DNA of 64,000 bases from an uncultured Rhodobacteraceae bacterium (GTDB taxonomy: Bacteria > Pseudomonadota > Alphaproteobacteria > Rhodobacterales > Rhodobacteraceae), in assembly GCA_937983405.1 (NCBI GenBank), contig CALJZN010000031.1, positions 1,218-65,217 of the forward strand, read 5' to 3'. Below are positions 9,060 to 18,084 of this stretch, one piece after another. The translations under genes and the position numbers were made by a program. A model generated the notes under the pieces. It was not told the origin of the DNA, ran no database searches, and saw only the letters and a program-made list of their open reading frames with translations. Numbering within the stretch: the stretch's first letter is position 1; the number at the start of each line of letters is the position of its first letter.

Positions 9060-9096
9060 TACACGGATCGTGCGGTTGTCAAGGAATTTGCGGATC

Positions 9097-9834
9097 ATGG
9101 AGCCCAGCGGACGCGCCACCCCCCGGTCAGGGCTTGCACGGCTGGCGCCGCTGGCGGCGCGGACGTTGGTCGATCAGGTGGTCGATGCCATCGTCGAGGC
9201 GACCGCGCGGGGCGACTTCCTGCCCGGCGACCGCATCGTCGAGGCCGAGGTGGCGCGCGCGCTCAACGTCAGCCGGATCCCGGTGCGCGAGGCGCTGCGC
9301 CTTCTGGAAAGCCAGGCGGTGGTGGTGAGCGAACGCTATCGCGGCATGCGGCTGATGAGCGTGGGGATCGAGGGGCTCGAGCGCATCCTCAAGGTGCGGC
9401 TGGCGCTGGAGAAGCTGGCCGGCGAAGAGCTGCTCGCCCGGCTTGCGCGCGACCCCGGCGTGCTCGCGCCCCTCGCCGCGGTGCTGGCCGAGATGCACGC
9501 GGCGGCGGATGCCGAGGATGCCTTTGCGGTCGCCCGGCTCGACACCGAGTTCCACCGCTGCCTCTGTCGCCAGTCGGGCAACGACGTGCTGTTGCGCAGC
9601 TGGGAGCCGCTGTCGCGGCAGCTGACGATCATCTTCGGCCTGTCGACCTTCAAGCGGGCGCTCAAGAGCATCGTCGCGGAGCATGACGAACTCTTGGCCG
9701 CGCTGTCGTCCGGCGACCGCGCCGATTTCGACCGGCTGATCGAGGTGCACATCCTCGACTACACCCGCGCCATCGACTACGAGAAGCTCGTCGAGCAGCT
9801 TCGCCGTATCGAGGCGCGGCGCCGGGCGGGCTAG
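9097..9834 (+). CDS. GntR/FadR-family transcriptional regulator
   Basis: ATG 9097 inside a longer artefactual ORF. Winged-HTH segment LPGDRIVEAEVARALNVSRIPVREALRLLESQAVV, with an FCD-like helical C-terminal domain (EFHRCLCRQSGN...EHDELLAAL). Confidence 0.85.
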   Translation: MEPSGRATPRSGLARLAPLAARTLVDQVVDAIVEATARGDFLPGDRIVEAEVARALNVSRIPVREALRLLESQAVVVSERYRGMRLMSVGIEGLERILKVRLALEKLAGEELLARLARDPGVLAPLAAVLAEMHAAADAEDAFAVARLDTEFHRCLCRQSGNDVLLRSWEPLSRQLTIIFGLSTFKRALKSIVAEHDELLAALSSGDRADFDRLIEVHILDYTRAIDYEKLVEQLRRIEARRRAG

Positions 9835-9855
9835 GGCGGCGCCCGGCGCCCGCGC

Positions 9856-11052
9856 TCAGGGTCGGTCGGCGTCTTCGGGCAGGCTGGGCATCTCCTCCTC
9901 CGGGATGCCCTCGCGCGACAGCAGCACCGCAAACGGGCGCAGCGCCGGGATGTGGGCGCAGACGATCATCACCGCCACCATGATCGGGATCGACAGGAAC
10001 ATGCCCGGGACCCCCCAGACCGCCCCCCAGAAGGCCAGCGACAGCAGGATGCCGAAGGACGACAGCCGCAGCGCCCGGCCCATCAGCATCGGGTCGAGCA
10101 CGTTGCCGACGACGAACTGGATCGCCGCGACGATGGCAAAGACCGCCAGCGCCAGCGACGGTTCGGGCACCTGAACCAGGGCGATCAGCGCCACCAGCAC
10201 CGTGGCCACGATCGAGCCGACGTTGGGCACGAAGTTCAGCACGAAGGTCAACACGCCGCTCGCCTGGGCGAACTCGAGCCCGAAGATGCGCATCACCCCG
10301 TAGACCAGCGCGCCGGTCAGAAGGCTGACCAGCGACTTGACCAGCAGATAGCGGTTCACCCGGCGCATGATCGAGGCGATGATGCCGCCGATCCGCTCGG
10401 CCCGCGCGGGATCGCCCGTCAGCAGGGTCAGCTTGGTGTCGAACCAGATCCGTTCGGCGAACAGGAACCCGACCAGGAGAACCACAAGCACCGTCGCCGA
10501 GAAGAAGTCGCCGGCCTGCCCCGCGATGGCGCGCAGGTAGCTGCCGATCTCGATCGAGCGGATCGAGGCGACGACGGCGGCTTCCACGTCCTGCCCCATC
10601 CAGCCGAACACCTCGGCCAGCCCGAGCTGGGCCTGGTCGGCATAGGCCAGCGCGGTCGAGACCACGGTGTTGATCTGCGACAGCACCACGGCCGAGAGCG
10701 TCAGCAGCCCGGTCGAGATCAGGAGCACCGCCGCCACCGTCGCCAGCCAGTTGGGGATGCGCAGCGGACCAAGGCGCAGGCGCGCGATGGAGTTGATGGC
10801 ATCCGAGGTCAGGCTGAACAGGATGATGGCGATGACGAGCGAGATCAGCAGAAACCGCGCCTGCGACAGCACGAACAGCACCACGGCCGCCGCGATGATG
10901 CCCAGAAACCACGTCTGGACGCGCAGCGCGGACAGGGCCGGGGCGCGGCCCAGCGCGCGATCGGCGGGCGATGCGTTCGGCTCCGGCGGAGCCGGGGGAA
11001 TCGTATCCTTGGCCACGGCCGGCACCCTAGGGGCCGCCCCGCCGCGAGGCAA
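9856..11052 (-). CDS. AI-2E family (PerM/UPF0118) transporter
   Basis: 398-aa polytopic ORF. The conserved C-terminal region is VLTFVLNFVPNVGSIVAT...VGNVLDPMLMGRALRLSSFGILLSLAFWGAVWGVPGMFLSIPI. It starts 18 nt downstream of the oxidoreductase gene. Confidence 0.85.
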   Translation of the reverse strand: MPRGGAAPRVPAVAKDTIPPAPPEPNASPADRALGRAPALSALRVQTWFLGIIAAAVVLFVLSQARFLLISLVIAIILFSLTSDAINSIARLRLGPLRIPNWLATVAAVLLISTGLLTLSAVVLSQINTVVSTALAYADQAQLGLAEVFGWMGQDVEAAVVASIRSIEIGSYLRAIAGQAGDFFSATVLVVLLVGFLFAERIWFDTKLTLLTGDPARAERIGGIIASIMRRVNRYLLVKSLVSLLTGALVYGVMRIFGLEFAQASGVLTFVLNFVPNVGSIVATVLVALIALVQVPEPSLALAVFAIVAAIQFVVGNVLDPMLMGRALRLSSFGILLSLAFWGAVWGVPGMFLSIPIMVAVMIVCAHIPALRPFAVLLSREGIPEEEMPSLPEDADRP

Positions 11053-11070
11053 GCGCAGGGTGGCGGCGGA

Positions 11071-12063
11071 TCAGCCGACCTCGAGGACGATCTTGCCGAT
11101 ATGGGCCGAGCTTTCCATGCGCCGGTGCGCCTCGGCCGCCCCGGCCAGCGGATAGACCCGGTCGATGGGCGGGCGCAGCCGGCCTGCGGCGACCAGCGGC
11201 CAGACCTCGGCCAGGATCGCCCGCGCCATCGCCGCCTTGTCCGCCACGGGGCGCGGCCGCAGGGTCGAGCCTGTCAGCGTCAGCCGTTTGCGCATCAGGG
11301 TGAAGAGCGCGATTTCGGGCTGGCCGCCCTCGAGCACGGCGATCTGCACGATGCGCCCCTCGACCGCCGCGGCCTCGAGATTGCGGTTGAGGTAGGAGCC
11401 CCCGACCATGTCGAGGATCACGTCCGCCCCCCGCCCGCCGGTGGCCGTCTTGACCGCCGCCACGAAGTCGGCCGTGCGGTAGTTGACCGCCTGTTCGGCG
11501 CCCAGCCGCCGGCAGGCCGCGCATTTCTCGTCCGACCCGGCGGTGGCAATGACGCGGGCGCCGCGGGCATGGGCAAGCTGGATCGCCGTGGTGCCGATGC
11601 CGCTGCTGCCGCCGTGGATCAGCAGCGTCTCGCCCGCCGTCAGCCGGCCGCGCTCGAAGACGTTGTGCCAGACGGTGAACAGCGTCTCGGGCAGCGCCGC
11701 CGCCTCGGTCAGGCTCAGCCCCTCGGGCACGGGCAGGGCGAGCGCCTCGTGCGCCGCGCAGAACTCGGCATAGCCGCCGCCGGTGACCAGCGCCGTCACC
11801 CGGTCGCCGACCCGGTGGCGCGCGGCGCCGGGGCCGAGCGCCACCACCTCGCCCGCGATCTCGAGCCCCGGAATGTCGCTTGCCCCCGGCGGCGGGGGAT
11901 AGACGCCGCGCCGCTGCGCCACGTCGGGGCGGTTGACGCCGGCGGCCGCGACCCGCACCAGCACCTCGCCCGGGCCGGGGACCGGCACCGGCCGTTCGGC
12001 GGGCACCAGCACCTCGGGGCCGCCGAAGCCCCGGATCTCGATCGCGCGCATGGTTCCCGCCAT
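11071..12063 (-). CDS. NAD(P)H:quinone oxidoreductase (zeta-crystallin/MDR family)
   Basis: M(AGT)MRAIEIRGFGGPEVL...GVNRPDVAQRRGVYPPPPGASDIPGLEIAGEVV...LIHGGSSGIGTTAIQLA...HIGKIVLEV. ATG 12063 sits 6 nt after GGAGG; ATG 12051 is the alternative. The track ORF extends further upstream artefactually. Confidence 0.88.
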   Translation of the reverse strand: MAGTMRAIEIRGFGGPEVLVPAERPVPVPGPGEVLVRVAAAGVNRPDVAQRRGVYPPPPGASDIPGLEIAGEVVALGPGAARHRVGDRVTALVTGGGYAEFCAAHEALALPVPEGLSLTEAAALPETLFTVWHNVFERGRLTAGETLLIHGGSSGIGTTAIQLAHARGARVIATAGSDEKCAACRRLGAEQAVNYRTADFVAAVKTATGGRGADVILDMVGGSYLNRNLEAAAVEGRIVQIAVLEGGQPEIALFTLMRKRLTLTGSTLRPRPVADKAAMARAILAEVWPLVAAGRLRPPIDRVYPLAGAAEAHRRMESSAHIGKIVLEVG

Positions 12064-12097
12064 CCCCTGCCTCCCCGTCGCCGGGCCCGCCAAACCC

Positions 12098-12420
12098 TTA
12101 CGCAGGCGGGTCCGGGGTGTAAAGCAGCGCCTGCGGCCCGCCCATGATCGCCGCGAAGCCCGCCGCCGGGCGGGCGCGGCGCGCCGCGGGCGCCTTGCGG
12201 CGGTAGGCCAGCGCCTCGCCCGGGATCGGCGCATGGAGCAGCCCGGCCTTGACCCGCGCGCCCGCTGCGCCGTCGCCGAGGGCGGCGAACAGACGCGCCC
12301 CGTCGTCCGGCCGCCGCGGCCCGGGACCGCCCCGGCCGCGCGCGTAAAGACCGGCCTTGAGCCAGCGGTCGCGGCCGGCCTCGGGCCCGCGGCCATTGCC
12401 CGGCCGTGCCGCGGCGACGC
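12098..12420 (-). pseudogene. 5'-truncated fragment of an unidentified gene (coding-like frame with no start codon)
   Basis: About 107 codons ending at TAA 12098 have roughly 90% GC3 (..GARLFAALGDGAAGARVKAGLLHAPIPGEALAYRRKAP..IMGGPQALLYTPDPPA). There is no in-frame ATG/GTG/TTG apart from one ATG 13 codons before the stop. The GC3 signal collapses upstream of about 12420. Confidence 0.25.
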
Positions 12421-12489
12421 GGCAAGCCCAACACGCCGATCCTCGCCTTCGGCAGCCTCTTTCACGTCGGGCGGGGCGGGGCGGCGCGG

Positions 12490-12848
12490 CGCGACTGCCG
12501 CCCGCCGGGATCGCGCTGGCCGGGGGGCCGTGCGCCGTCTCGGGCGCGATCCTGACCCAGAGCCAGGGCTTCGCCGACGTCAACATGGGCTTCGGCGTGC
12601 TGCCGAACGGGCGCGCCGCGGTGATCCTGGGCGAGACGCTGATCGGCCGCGCCTCGCGCGCGCGGCAGGTGGGGCAGGTGCTGGTGCCGGCGGTGGGGGC
12701 GGCGGTCGACGATCCGGCGAGCAGCTTCGCGCTGGCGCCCGGCCTTGCGCCGTCGGACCTCAGGTTCCGCACCGGCCCCTCCGTGCCGGCGATCCTGGCC
12801 ATCCCCTCGGTCCGCGGCCGGCGCAAGACGCGCCGGATGCGGGCATGA
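12490..12848 (+). pseudogene. Remnant (C-terminal third) of a COG4120-type ABC transporter permease
   Basis: The frame reads ..GIALAGGPCAVSGAILTQSQGFADVNMGFGVLPNGRAAVILGETLIGRAS...GLAPSDLRFRTG..ILAIPSVRGRRK. This matches the conserved C-terminal block of that permease family as I remember it, but with charged or Pro substitutions in expected helices (LPNGR, VDDPASS). The N-terminal two thirds are missing. Confidence 0.4.
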
Positions 12849-13029
12849 CCGCGCGGATCGGGATCCTCGGCGCGGGGGTCATGGCGCGGCTGCACCGGGC
12901 GCATGCGACCCCGGCCGAGGGCGCGGCCGAGGGGCTGGAAGCGGGCCTTGTCCGGGCCCGGCGGGAGGGGGCGCTCGTGCCGGCCTGAAGGGGCTGGCAG
13001 GCCGCGGCCGGATCGGCTAGGCGCGGCGC

Positions 13030-14064
13030 ATGGACAGCCTCACGATCCGCCGGCCCGACGACTGGCATCTGCACCTGCGCGACGGGGCGATGCTGACGGC
13101 CGTGCTGCCCGAGAGCGCGCGCCACTTCGCCCGGGCGCTGGTGATGCCCAACCTCGTGCCGCCCGTCGTCACCGGGGCCGAGGCCGCCGCCTATGCCGCG
13201 CGCATCCGCGCCGCCCTGCCGCCGGGCGCGGCCTTCACGCCGCTGATGACGCTGTATCTGACCGGAGCGACCGACCCCGCCGATGTCGCGGCCGCCCATG
13301 CCGCGGGCATCGTCACGGCGGTCAAGCTGTATCCTGCGGGGGCCACCACCAACTCGGCCTCGGGCGTGCGCGATTTCGACGCCGTGCGCCCGGTGCTCGA
13401 GGCGATGGCGCAGGCGGGTGTGCCGCTTTGCGTGCACGGCGAGGTGACGGACCCGGCGGTGGACATCTTCGACCGCGAGGCGGTGTTCCTTGCCCGCGTG
13501 CTCGAGCCGCTGCGCCGGGCGGTCCCGGGGCTGCGGGTGGTGCTGGAGCATGTCACCACCGTCGAGGGGCTGGCCTATGTCCGCGACGGCGGCCCCGGCA
13601 TCGCCGCGACGATCACCGCCCATCACCTCGCCATCAACCGCAACGCGATCTTTGCGGGGGGAATCCGGCCGCACGCCTACTGCCTGCCGGTCGCCAAGCG
13701 CGAACACCACCGCGCGGCGCTGGTCGCCGCCGCGACCTCGGGCGATCCGCGCTTCTTCCTGGGCACCGATTCGGCCCCCCATGTCGATGCGGCCAAGGAG
13801 GCCGCCTGCGGCTGCGCGGGCTGCTTCACCGCGCCCCTGGCGCTGCCGCTAGTGGCCGAGGTCTTCGACCGCGCCGGCGCGCTCGACCGGCTGGAAGGGT
13901 TCGTCTCGCGGCACGGCGCGGCCTTCTACGGCCTGCCGCCGAACCCCGGTACGCTCTCCCTGCGGCGGGGCGACCCGCTGCGGCTGCCCGGGCGGCTTGC
14001 CACCGGCGCGGGCCCCGTGACGCTGTTCGACCCCGGCTTTCCCCTGCACTGGCATGTCGTCTGA
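13030..14064 (+). CDS. pyrC: Dihydroorotase, homodimeric (class II) type
   Basis: 344 aa. [68 protein letters not shown]. Confidence 0.93.
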   Translation: MDSLTIRRPDDWHLHLRDGAMLTAVLPESARHFARALVMPNLVPPVVTGAEAAAYAARIRAALPPGAAFTPLMTLYLTGATDPADVAAAHAAGIVTAVKLYPAGATTNSASGVRDFDAVRPVLEAMAQAGVPLCVHGEVTDPAVDIFDREAVFLARVLEPLRRAVPGLRVVLEHVTTVEGLAYVRDGGPGIAATITAHHLAINRNAIFAGGIRPHAYCLPVAKREHHRAALVAAATSGDPRFFLGTDSAPHVDAAKEAACGCAGCFTAPLALPLVAEVFDRAGALDRLEGFVSRHGAAFYGLPPNPGTLSLRRGDPLRLPGRLATGAGPVTLFDPGFPLHWHVV

Positions 14065-14072
14065 GGCCCCCC

Positions 14073-14747
14073 ATGCTGCCCTCGAGCTACCCCGACCCCG
14101 CCGAGATCGCCCGCCTGACGGCGCGCATGCTGCTCGAGGTGCGCGCGGTGCTCTTGAACGCGGCCGAGCCCTTCACCCATGCCTCGGGGCTGAAGGCGCC
14201 CACCTACGTCGATTGCCGCCGGCTGCTGTCGTTCCCTCGCGTGCGCGCGACGCTGATGGATTTCATGGTCTGCACCGTCCAGCGCGAGGCGGGGTTCGAG
14301 GCCTTCGACGTGATCGCGGGGGGCGAGACGGCGGGCATCCCCCTTGCCGCGCTGGTGGCCGAGCGGATGGGGCTGCCCATGGCCTATGTCCGCAAGCAGC
14401 CCAAGGGCTACGGCCGCAATGCCCGGATCGAGGGTGTGGTGCCCCCGGGCGCACGGGTGCTGCTGGTCGAGGACCTCGCGACCGACGGCGGCTCGAAGCT
14501 TGGCTTCGTCGAGGCGCTCCGCGAGGCGGGGGCGGTCTGCGCCGAGACGGCCGTGATCTTCTCCTACGGCATCTTTCCCCAGACGGTCCCGCGGCTGGCG
14601 GCGGCGGGGGTGCGGCTGCACGCGCTTTGCACCTGGCGGGACGTGCTGGCCGAGGCGCGCGCGACGGGTGCCTTCGACGCTGCGACGCTGGCGGGGGTCG
14701 AGGCCTATCTGGCCGATCCGGCCGCCTGGCGCGCGGCGCGCGGCTGA
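14073..14747 (+). CDS. pyrE: Orotate phosphoribosyltransferase
   Basis: ATG 14073, 9 nt after the pyrC stop. [34 protein letters not shown], and the PRPP loop [14 protein letters not shown]. Confidence 0.92.
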   Translation: MLPSSYPDPAEIARLTARMLLEVRAVLLNAAEPFTHASGLKAPTYVDCRRLLSFPRVRATLMDFMVCTVQREAGFEAFDVIAGGETAGIPLAALVAERMGLPMAYVRKQPKGYGRNARIEGVVPPGARVLLVEDLATDGGSKLGFVEALREAGAVCAETAVIFSYGIFPQTVPRLAAAGVRLHALCTWRDVLAEARATGAFDAATLAGVEAYLADPAAWRAARG

Positions 14748-14979
14748 TCCCCAGATTCGTCCCCAACGGGCCGCGCGGCAGCCGAGGCCGCCCCCGCTTT
14801 GCTAGGCCTTGACGTTTCGCCGGCCTCGGCCGCAACATGTGGCCAGCGCGGGCCCGAAGTTATCCCCACGATATCCCGATTGATCCGGGGCAGCCGAAGG
14901 CCCATACCCCGCAGACCGCCCGGCGCGACAGGGGCGGACAGGCGGCAGGGCAAAGCACGGTTCGGGAGAGGGGCGGGCG

Positions 14980-16500
14980 ATGGCGACGGGCAGCGCGACG
15001 ATGGCGGCGGCACGCGGGGCGGCGGCGGCGCCGCCGGCCGAGGCCGGCGCGCCCGAGGCGGTGCCGCACAACATCGAGGCCGAGCAGCAGCTTCTCGGCG
15101 CGATCCTGACCAACAACGATGTCTTCGACCGCGTCAGCGGCGTCGTCCGGGCCGAGCATTTCCACGACCCGGTGCACCGGCGCATCTTCGAGCTCGCCGC
15201 CGCGCGCATCCAGAAGAACGCGCTCGCCTCGCCGGTGACGCTGAAGCCCTTCCTGGCCGACGACGAGGGTCTGCGGCAGCTGGGCGGGCCGGCCTATCTG
15301 GCGCGGCTGGCAGGCGGGGCCGTGGCCTCGTTCGCGGCGCGGGACTATGCCCAGATGATCCACGACCTGGCGGTGCGGCGCGAGCTGATCGCGCTCGGCC
15401 GCGACATCGCCGCGCGCGCCGCGCGGGTCGAGACCGAGGGCGATGCCCGCGCGCAGATCGTCGAGGCCGAGCAGCGTCTCTATCGCCTGGGCGAGCAGGG
15501 GCAGGGCGAGCGCGGCTTCCAGTCGTTCCTCAAGGCCGCGACCGATGCGGTGCTGATGGCGCAGGCGGCCTGGCAGCGCGACGGGCAGCTGGCGGGGCTG
15601 GCGACCGGGCTGAGCGACCTTGACCGCAAGCTGGGCGGGCTGCACCGGTCGGACCTGCTGATCCTGGCGGGGCGTCCCTCGATGGGCAAGACGGCGCTGG
15701 CCACCAACATCGCCTTCAACATCGCCCGCAGCTATCGCCGCGGCCTCCGGCCCGACGGCAGCGAGGGCGCGGTGCAGGGCGGCGTGGTCGGGTTCTTCTC
15801 GCTCGAGATGTCGGCCGAGCAGCTGGCCGCGCGCATCCTGTCCGAGGCGTCGGGCATCCCCTCGGAGCAGATCCGCCGCGGCGACCTCAGCGAGGAGGAG
15901 TTCCGCCGCTTCGTCGATGCCGCGCGCGCCCTCGAATCCTGCCCGCTCTACATCGACGACACGCCGGCCTTGCCGATCAGCCAGCTTGCGGCCCGGGCGC
16001 GGCGGCTCAAGCGGACCCACGGGCTCGACGTGCTGTTCGTGGACTACCTTCAGCTTGTCCGCCCCGCGACGCCGCGCGAGGCCCGGGTCAACGAGGTCTC
16101 CGAGATCACCCAGGCGCTGAAGGCCATCGCCAAGGAGCTCGACATCCCCGTGGTGGCGCTGTCGCAGCTTTCGCGCCAGGTCGAGAACCGCGAGGACAAG
16201 CGCCCGCAGCTGTCGGACCTGCGCGAATCGGGCTCGATCGAGCAGGATGCCGATGTGGTGATGTTCGTCTTCCGCGAGGAGTATTACCGCGAGCGCGAGA
16301 AGCCGGGCGACCACGACCTCGAGGCGATGGCGCGGTGGCAGGCGCTGATGGAAAGCGTGCACGGCAAGGCCGAGGTGATCATCGGCAAGCAGCGCCACGG
16401 CCCGATCGGTTCGGTCGACCTGGCCTTCGAGGGCAAGCTGACGCGCTTCTCCGACCTCGTGAAGCCCTGGCAGCAGGGGGCCACGGAGGGGTTCCGCTAG
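14980..16500 (+). CDS. dnaB: Replicative DNA helicase DnaB
   Basis: 506 aa. PHNIEAEQQLLGAIL, Walker A AGRPSMGKTALATNIA, FSLEMSAEQL, LFVDYLQL, ALSQLSRQVENREDKRPQLSDLRESGSIEQDADVV. Confidence 0.95.
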   Translation: MATGSATMAAARGAAAAPPAEAGAPEAVPHNIEAEQQLLGAILTNNDVFDRVSGVVRAEHFHDPVHRRIFELAAARIQKNALASPVTLKPFLADDEGLRQLGGPAYLARLAGGAVASFAARDYAQMIHDLAVRRELIALGRDIAARAARVETEGDARAQIVEAEQRLYRLGEQGQGERGFQSFLKAATDAVLMAQAAWQRDGQLAGLATGLSDLDRKLGGLHRSDLLILAGRPSMGKTALATNIAFNIARSYRRGLRPDGSEGAVQGGVVGFFSLEMSAEQLAARILSEASGIPSEQIRRGDLSEEEFRRFVDAARALESCPLYIDDTPALPISQLAARARRLKRTHGLDVLFVDYLQLVRPATPREARVNEVSEITQALKAIAKELDIPVVALSQLSRQVENREDKRPQLSDLRESGSIEQDADVVMFVFREEYYREREKPGDHDLEAMARWQALMESVHGKAEVIIGKQRHGPIGSVDLAFEGKLTRFSDLVKPWQQGATEGFR

Positions 16501-16520
16501 GGCGGGCTGCCGGCGGCAGC

Positions 16521-16572
16521 AGCCCGACGGAGCAGCCCGACGGAGCGGCCCGACGGAGCGGCCCGACGGACC
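16521..16572. repeat. Tandem 13-bp repeat, 4 copies (AGCCCGACGGAGC / GGCCCGACGGAGC)
   Basis: Read directly. The period of 13 is not a multiple of 3, and it starts 20 nt after the dnaB stop. A perfect 12-bp tandem pair GCGCCCGTCTTG x2 lies at 16815-16838. Confidence 0.8.
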
Positions 16573-17008
16573 CGTCCGGCCGCCCCCGGGCAGCGGCGGC
16601 GGCGACCGGCCGATCGGCCAGAGGCTGCGGCAGGCATGCCCGCCGGCGGCCGCGCTTCGGGCGCAACGCCGGTCCCCGCGCCAGGGCGGGAACGGACAGG
16701 GTCGTCGGCGAGCCGTCGTGCGCAAGCACTCTGTCATGCGCGGGCGCGCTTCCGGTGATGTCGGCGGTGAGGCCTGATCGCGCCCCACCGCGATCACGCC
16801 GCAGCGCCGTCCGTGCGCCCGTCTTGGCGCCCGTCTTGCCCGCCCCTGCCGCGCCTCCGCGAGGTTCGTCGCTACCTCTTGCCGCAGCCGGGGCGCAGCC
16901 ATGCAGGCCGGTGACCTCAGCCGCGCCGGCGCCCCGGCGGCGTTCTCCCGCGGACGCCCCCCTGCGAGGTCTTTCGCATGCCCGGTTTGATCGGTCGATT
17001 GACTTTGC

Positions 17009-17083
17009 TGGCTCCGGCGGCAGGGATCGAACCTGCGACCAATTGATTAACAGTCAACTGCTCTACCGCTGAGCTACGCCGGA
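17009..17083 (-). tRNA. tRNA-Asn (anticodon GTT)
   Basis: The reverse complement reads TCCGGCGTAGCTCAGCGGTAGAGCAGTTGACTGTTAATCAATTGGTCGCAGGTTCGATCCCTGCCGCCGGAGCCA. It has a 7-bp acceptor stem, anticodon loop CT-GTT-AA, the GGTTCGATCC T-arm and an encoded CCA. Confidence 0.93.
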
Positions 17084-17097
17084 TCGCCAGCGGGTCT

Positions 17098-18036
17098 TTA
17101 GCAACGGGGGCCGGGGGTGTCCAGTGGGTTTGCAAGGGCGGGCTGCGACAGCTGCCAGCGCGCCGACGGGGCCGGGGACCCGGCGCGCAGAAGTCGGTTT
17201 TGCGATTGCAGGTCAAGCAGATGCGCAAGGATGTTGCGGTGGGCGGCGGGATGCAGGGCGCCCGGCGTGTCGGCGTAGACGCGGGCGGCGATCTCGGGGA
17301 TCGTGGACGCGCCCGCGGCCAGCGCGGCAAGGATCGCGGCCTCGCGCATCCGGCGATGGGCCAGAAGCTCGGCAATCCGTGCGGCGGGGTCGGTCACCCT
17401 GTCGCCGTGCCCGGGCAAAAGCTCGGCCGCGCCGAGCGCGGCGAGGCGGGCGAGCGAGGTGCGGAACGCCGCCAGCTCGCCGTCCGGCGGCGAGATCAGC
17501 GTGCTGGCCCAGCCCATCACGACATCTCCGGTGAAGATGCGCTTGCCCCAGCGGAAGGCGAGGTGGGCCGACATGTGGCCGGGGGTCCAGAGCGCCTCGA
17601 CGCGCCAGCCCGGCCCCTCGACGGTCTCGCCGTCGGCGAGCGGGATGTCGGGGGCGAAGCCTGCGTCCACACCCTCGCCCCCGCCGAGCCCGCCCTCGGC
17701 CGCGAGCGCCGCCATCGCCGGGCTGCGCCCTGCGCAGGCCGGCCCGAAGGCATAGACCGGTGCCCCGGTTGCCGCAGCAAGGGCCGGGGCCAGGCCCGAA
17801 TGGTCGCGGTGCGGGTGCGTGACGAGGATCGCCGTCACCCGCTCGTCCGGTGCCAGCGCCGCCGTCAGGGCGGCAAGATGTGCCGCGTCGTCGGGTCCGG
17901 GGTCGATCACCGCGACCATTCCGGTGCCGAGGATGTAGCTGTTGGTCCCGCGCTCGGTCATGGGCGAGGGGTTGGGGGCCAGCACCCTGCGCAGGTCGGG
18001 CCCAAGCCGTTCGGTCTGTCCCGCGATCCGCCCCAT
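17098..18036 (-). CDS. MBL-fold metallo-hydrolase
   Basis: ATG 18036 inside a longer artefactual ORF. TNSYILGTGMVAVIDPG, the metal motif ILVTHPHRDHSG, TPGHMSAHL, LLPGHGD. Confidence 0.85.
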   Translation of the reverse strand: MGRIAGQTERLGPDLRRVLAPNPSPMTERGTNSYILGTGMVAVIDPGPDDAAHLAALTAALAPDERVTAILVTHPHRDHSGLAPALAAATGAPVYAFGPACAGRSPAMAALAAEGGLGGGEGVDAGFAPDIPLADGETVEGPGWRVEALWTPGHMSAHLAFRWGKRIFTGDVVMGWASTLISPPDGELAAFRTSLARLAALGAAELLPGHGDRVTDPAARIAELLAHRRMREAAILAALAAGASTIPEIAARVYADTPGALHPAAHRNILAHLLDLQSQNRLLRAGSPAPSARWQLSQPALANPLDTPGPRC

Positions 18037-18084
18037 CCCCGTCCTTCGGCTTGCGCGCGCCCGCGTCTGCGCTAGGCTTGCCCC

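Noticed and set aside
12357-12848. 163-aa ORF as an intact gene
   Set aside because: Only its last roughly 115 codons resemble a protein (the C-terminal block of an ABC permease). The first roughly 45 codons mirror a minus-strand fragment and are non-protein-like. I treat it as a pseudogene remnant.
16521-16572. CRISPR array (also considered for the repeats at 22664-22715 and 50555-50832)
   Set aside because: The repeats are 12-15 bp, either directly tandem or with only 2-3 copies, and lack regularly sized unique spacers. No cas genes are in the window.
14860-16902. 680-aa minus-strand ORF overlapping dnaB and the downstream spacer
   Set aside because: It is antisense to dnaB. The part extending into 16501-16902 shows no third-position GC enrichment, so it is not coding.
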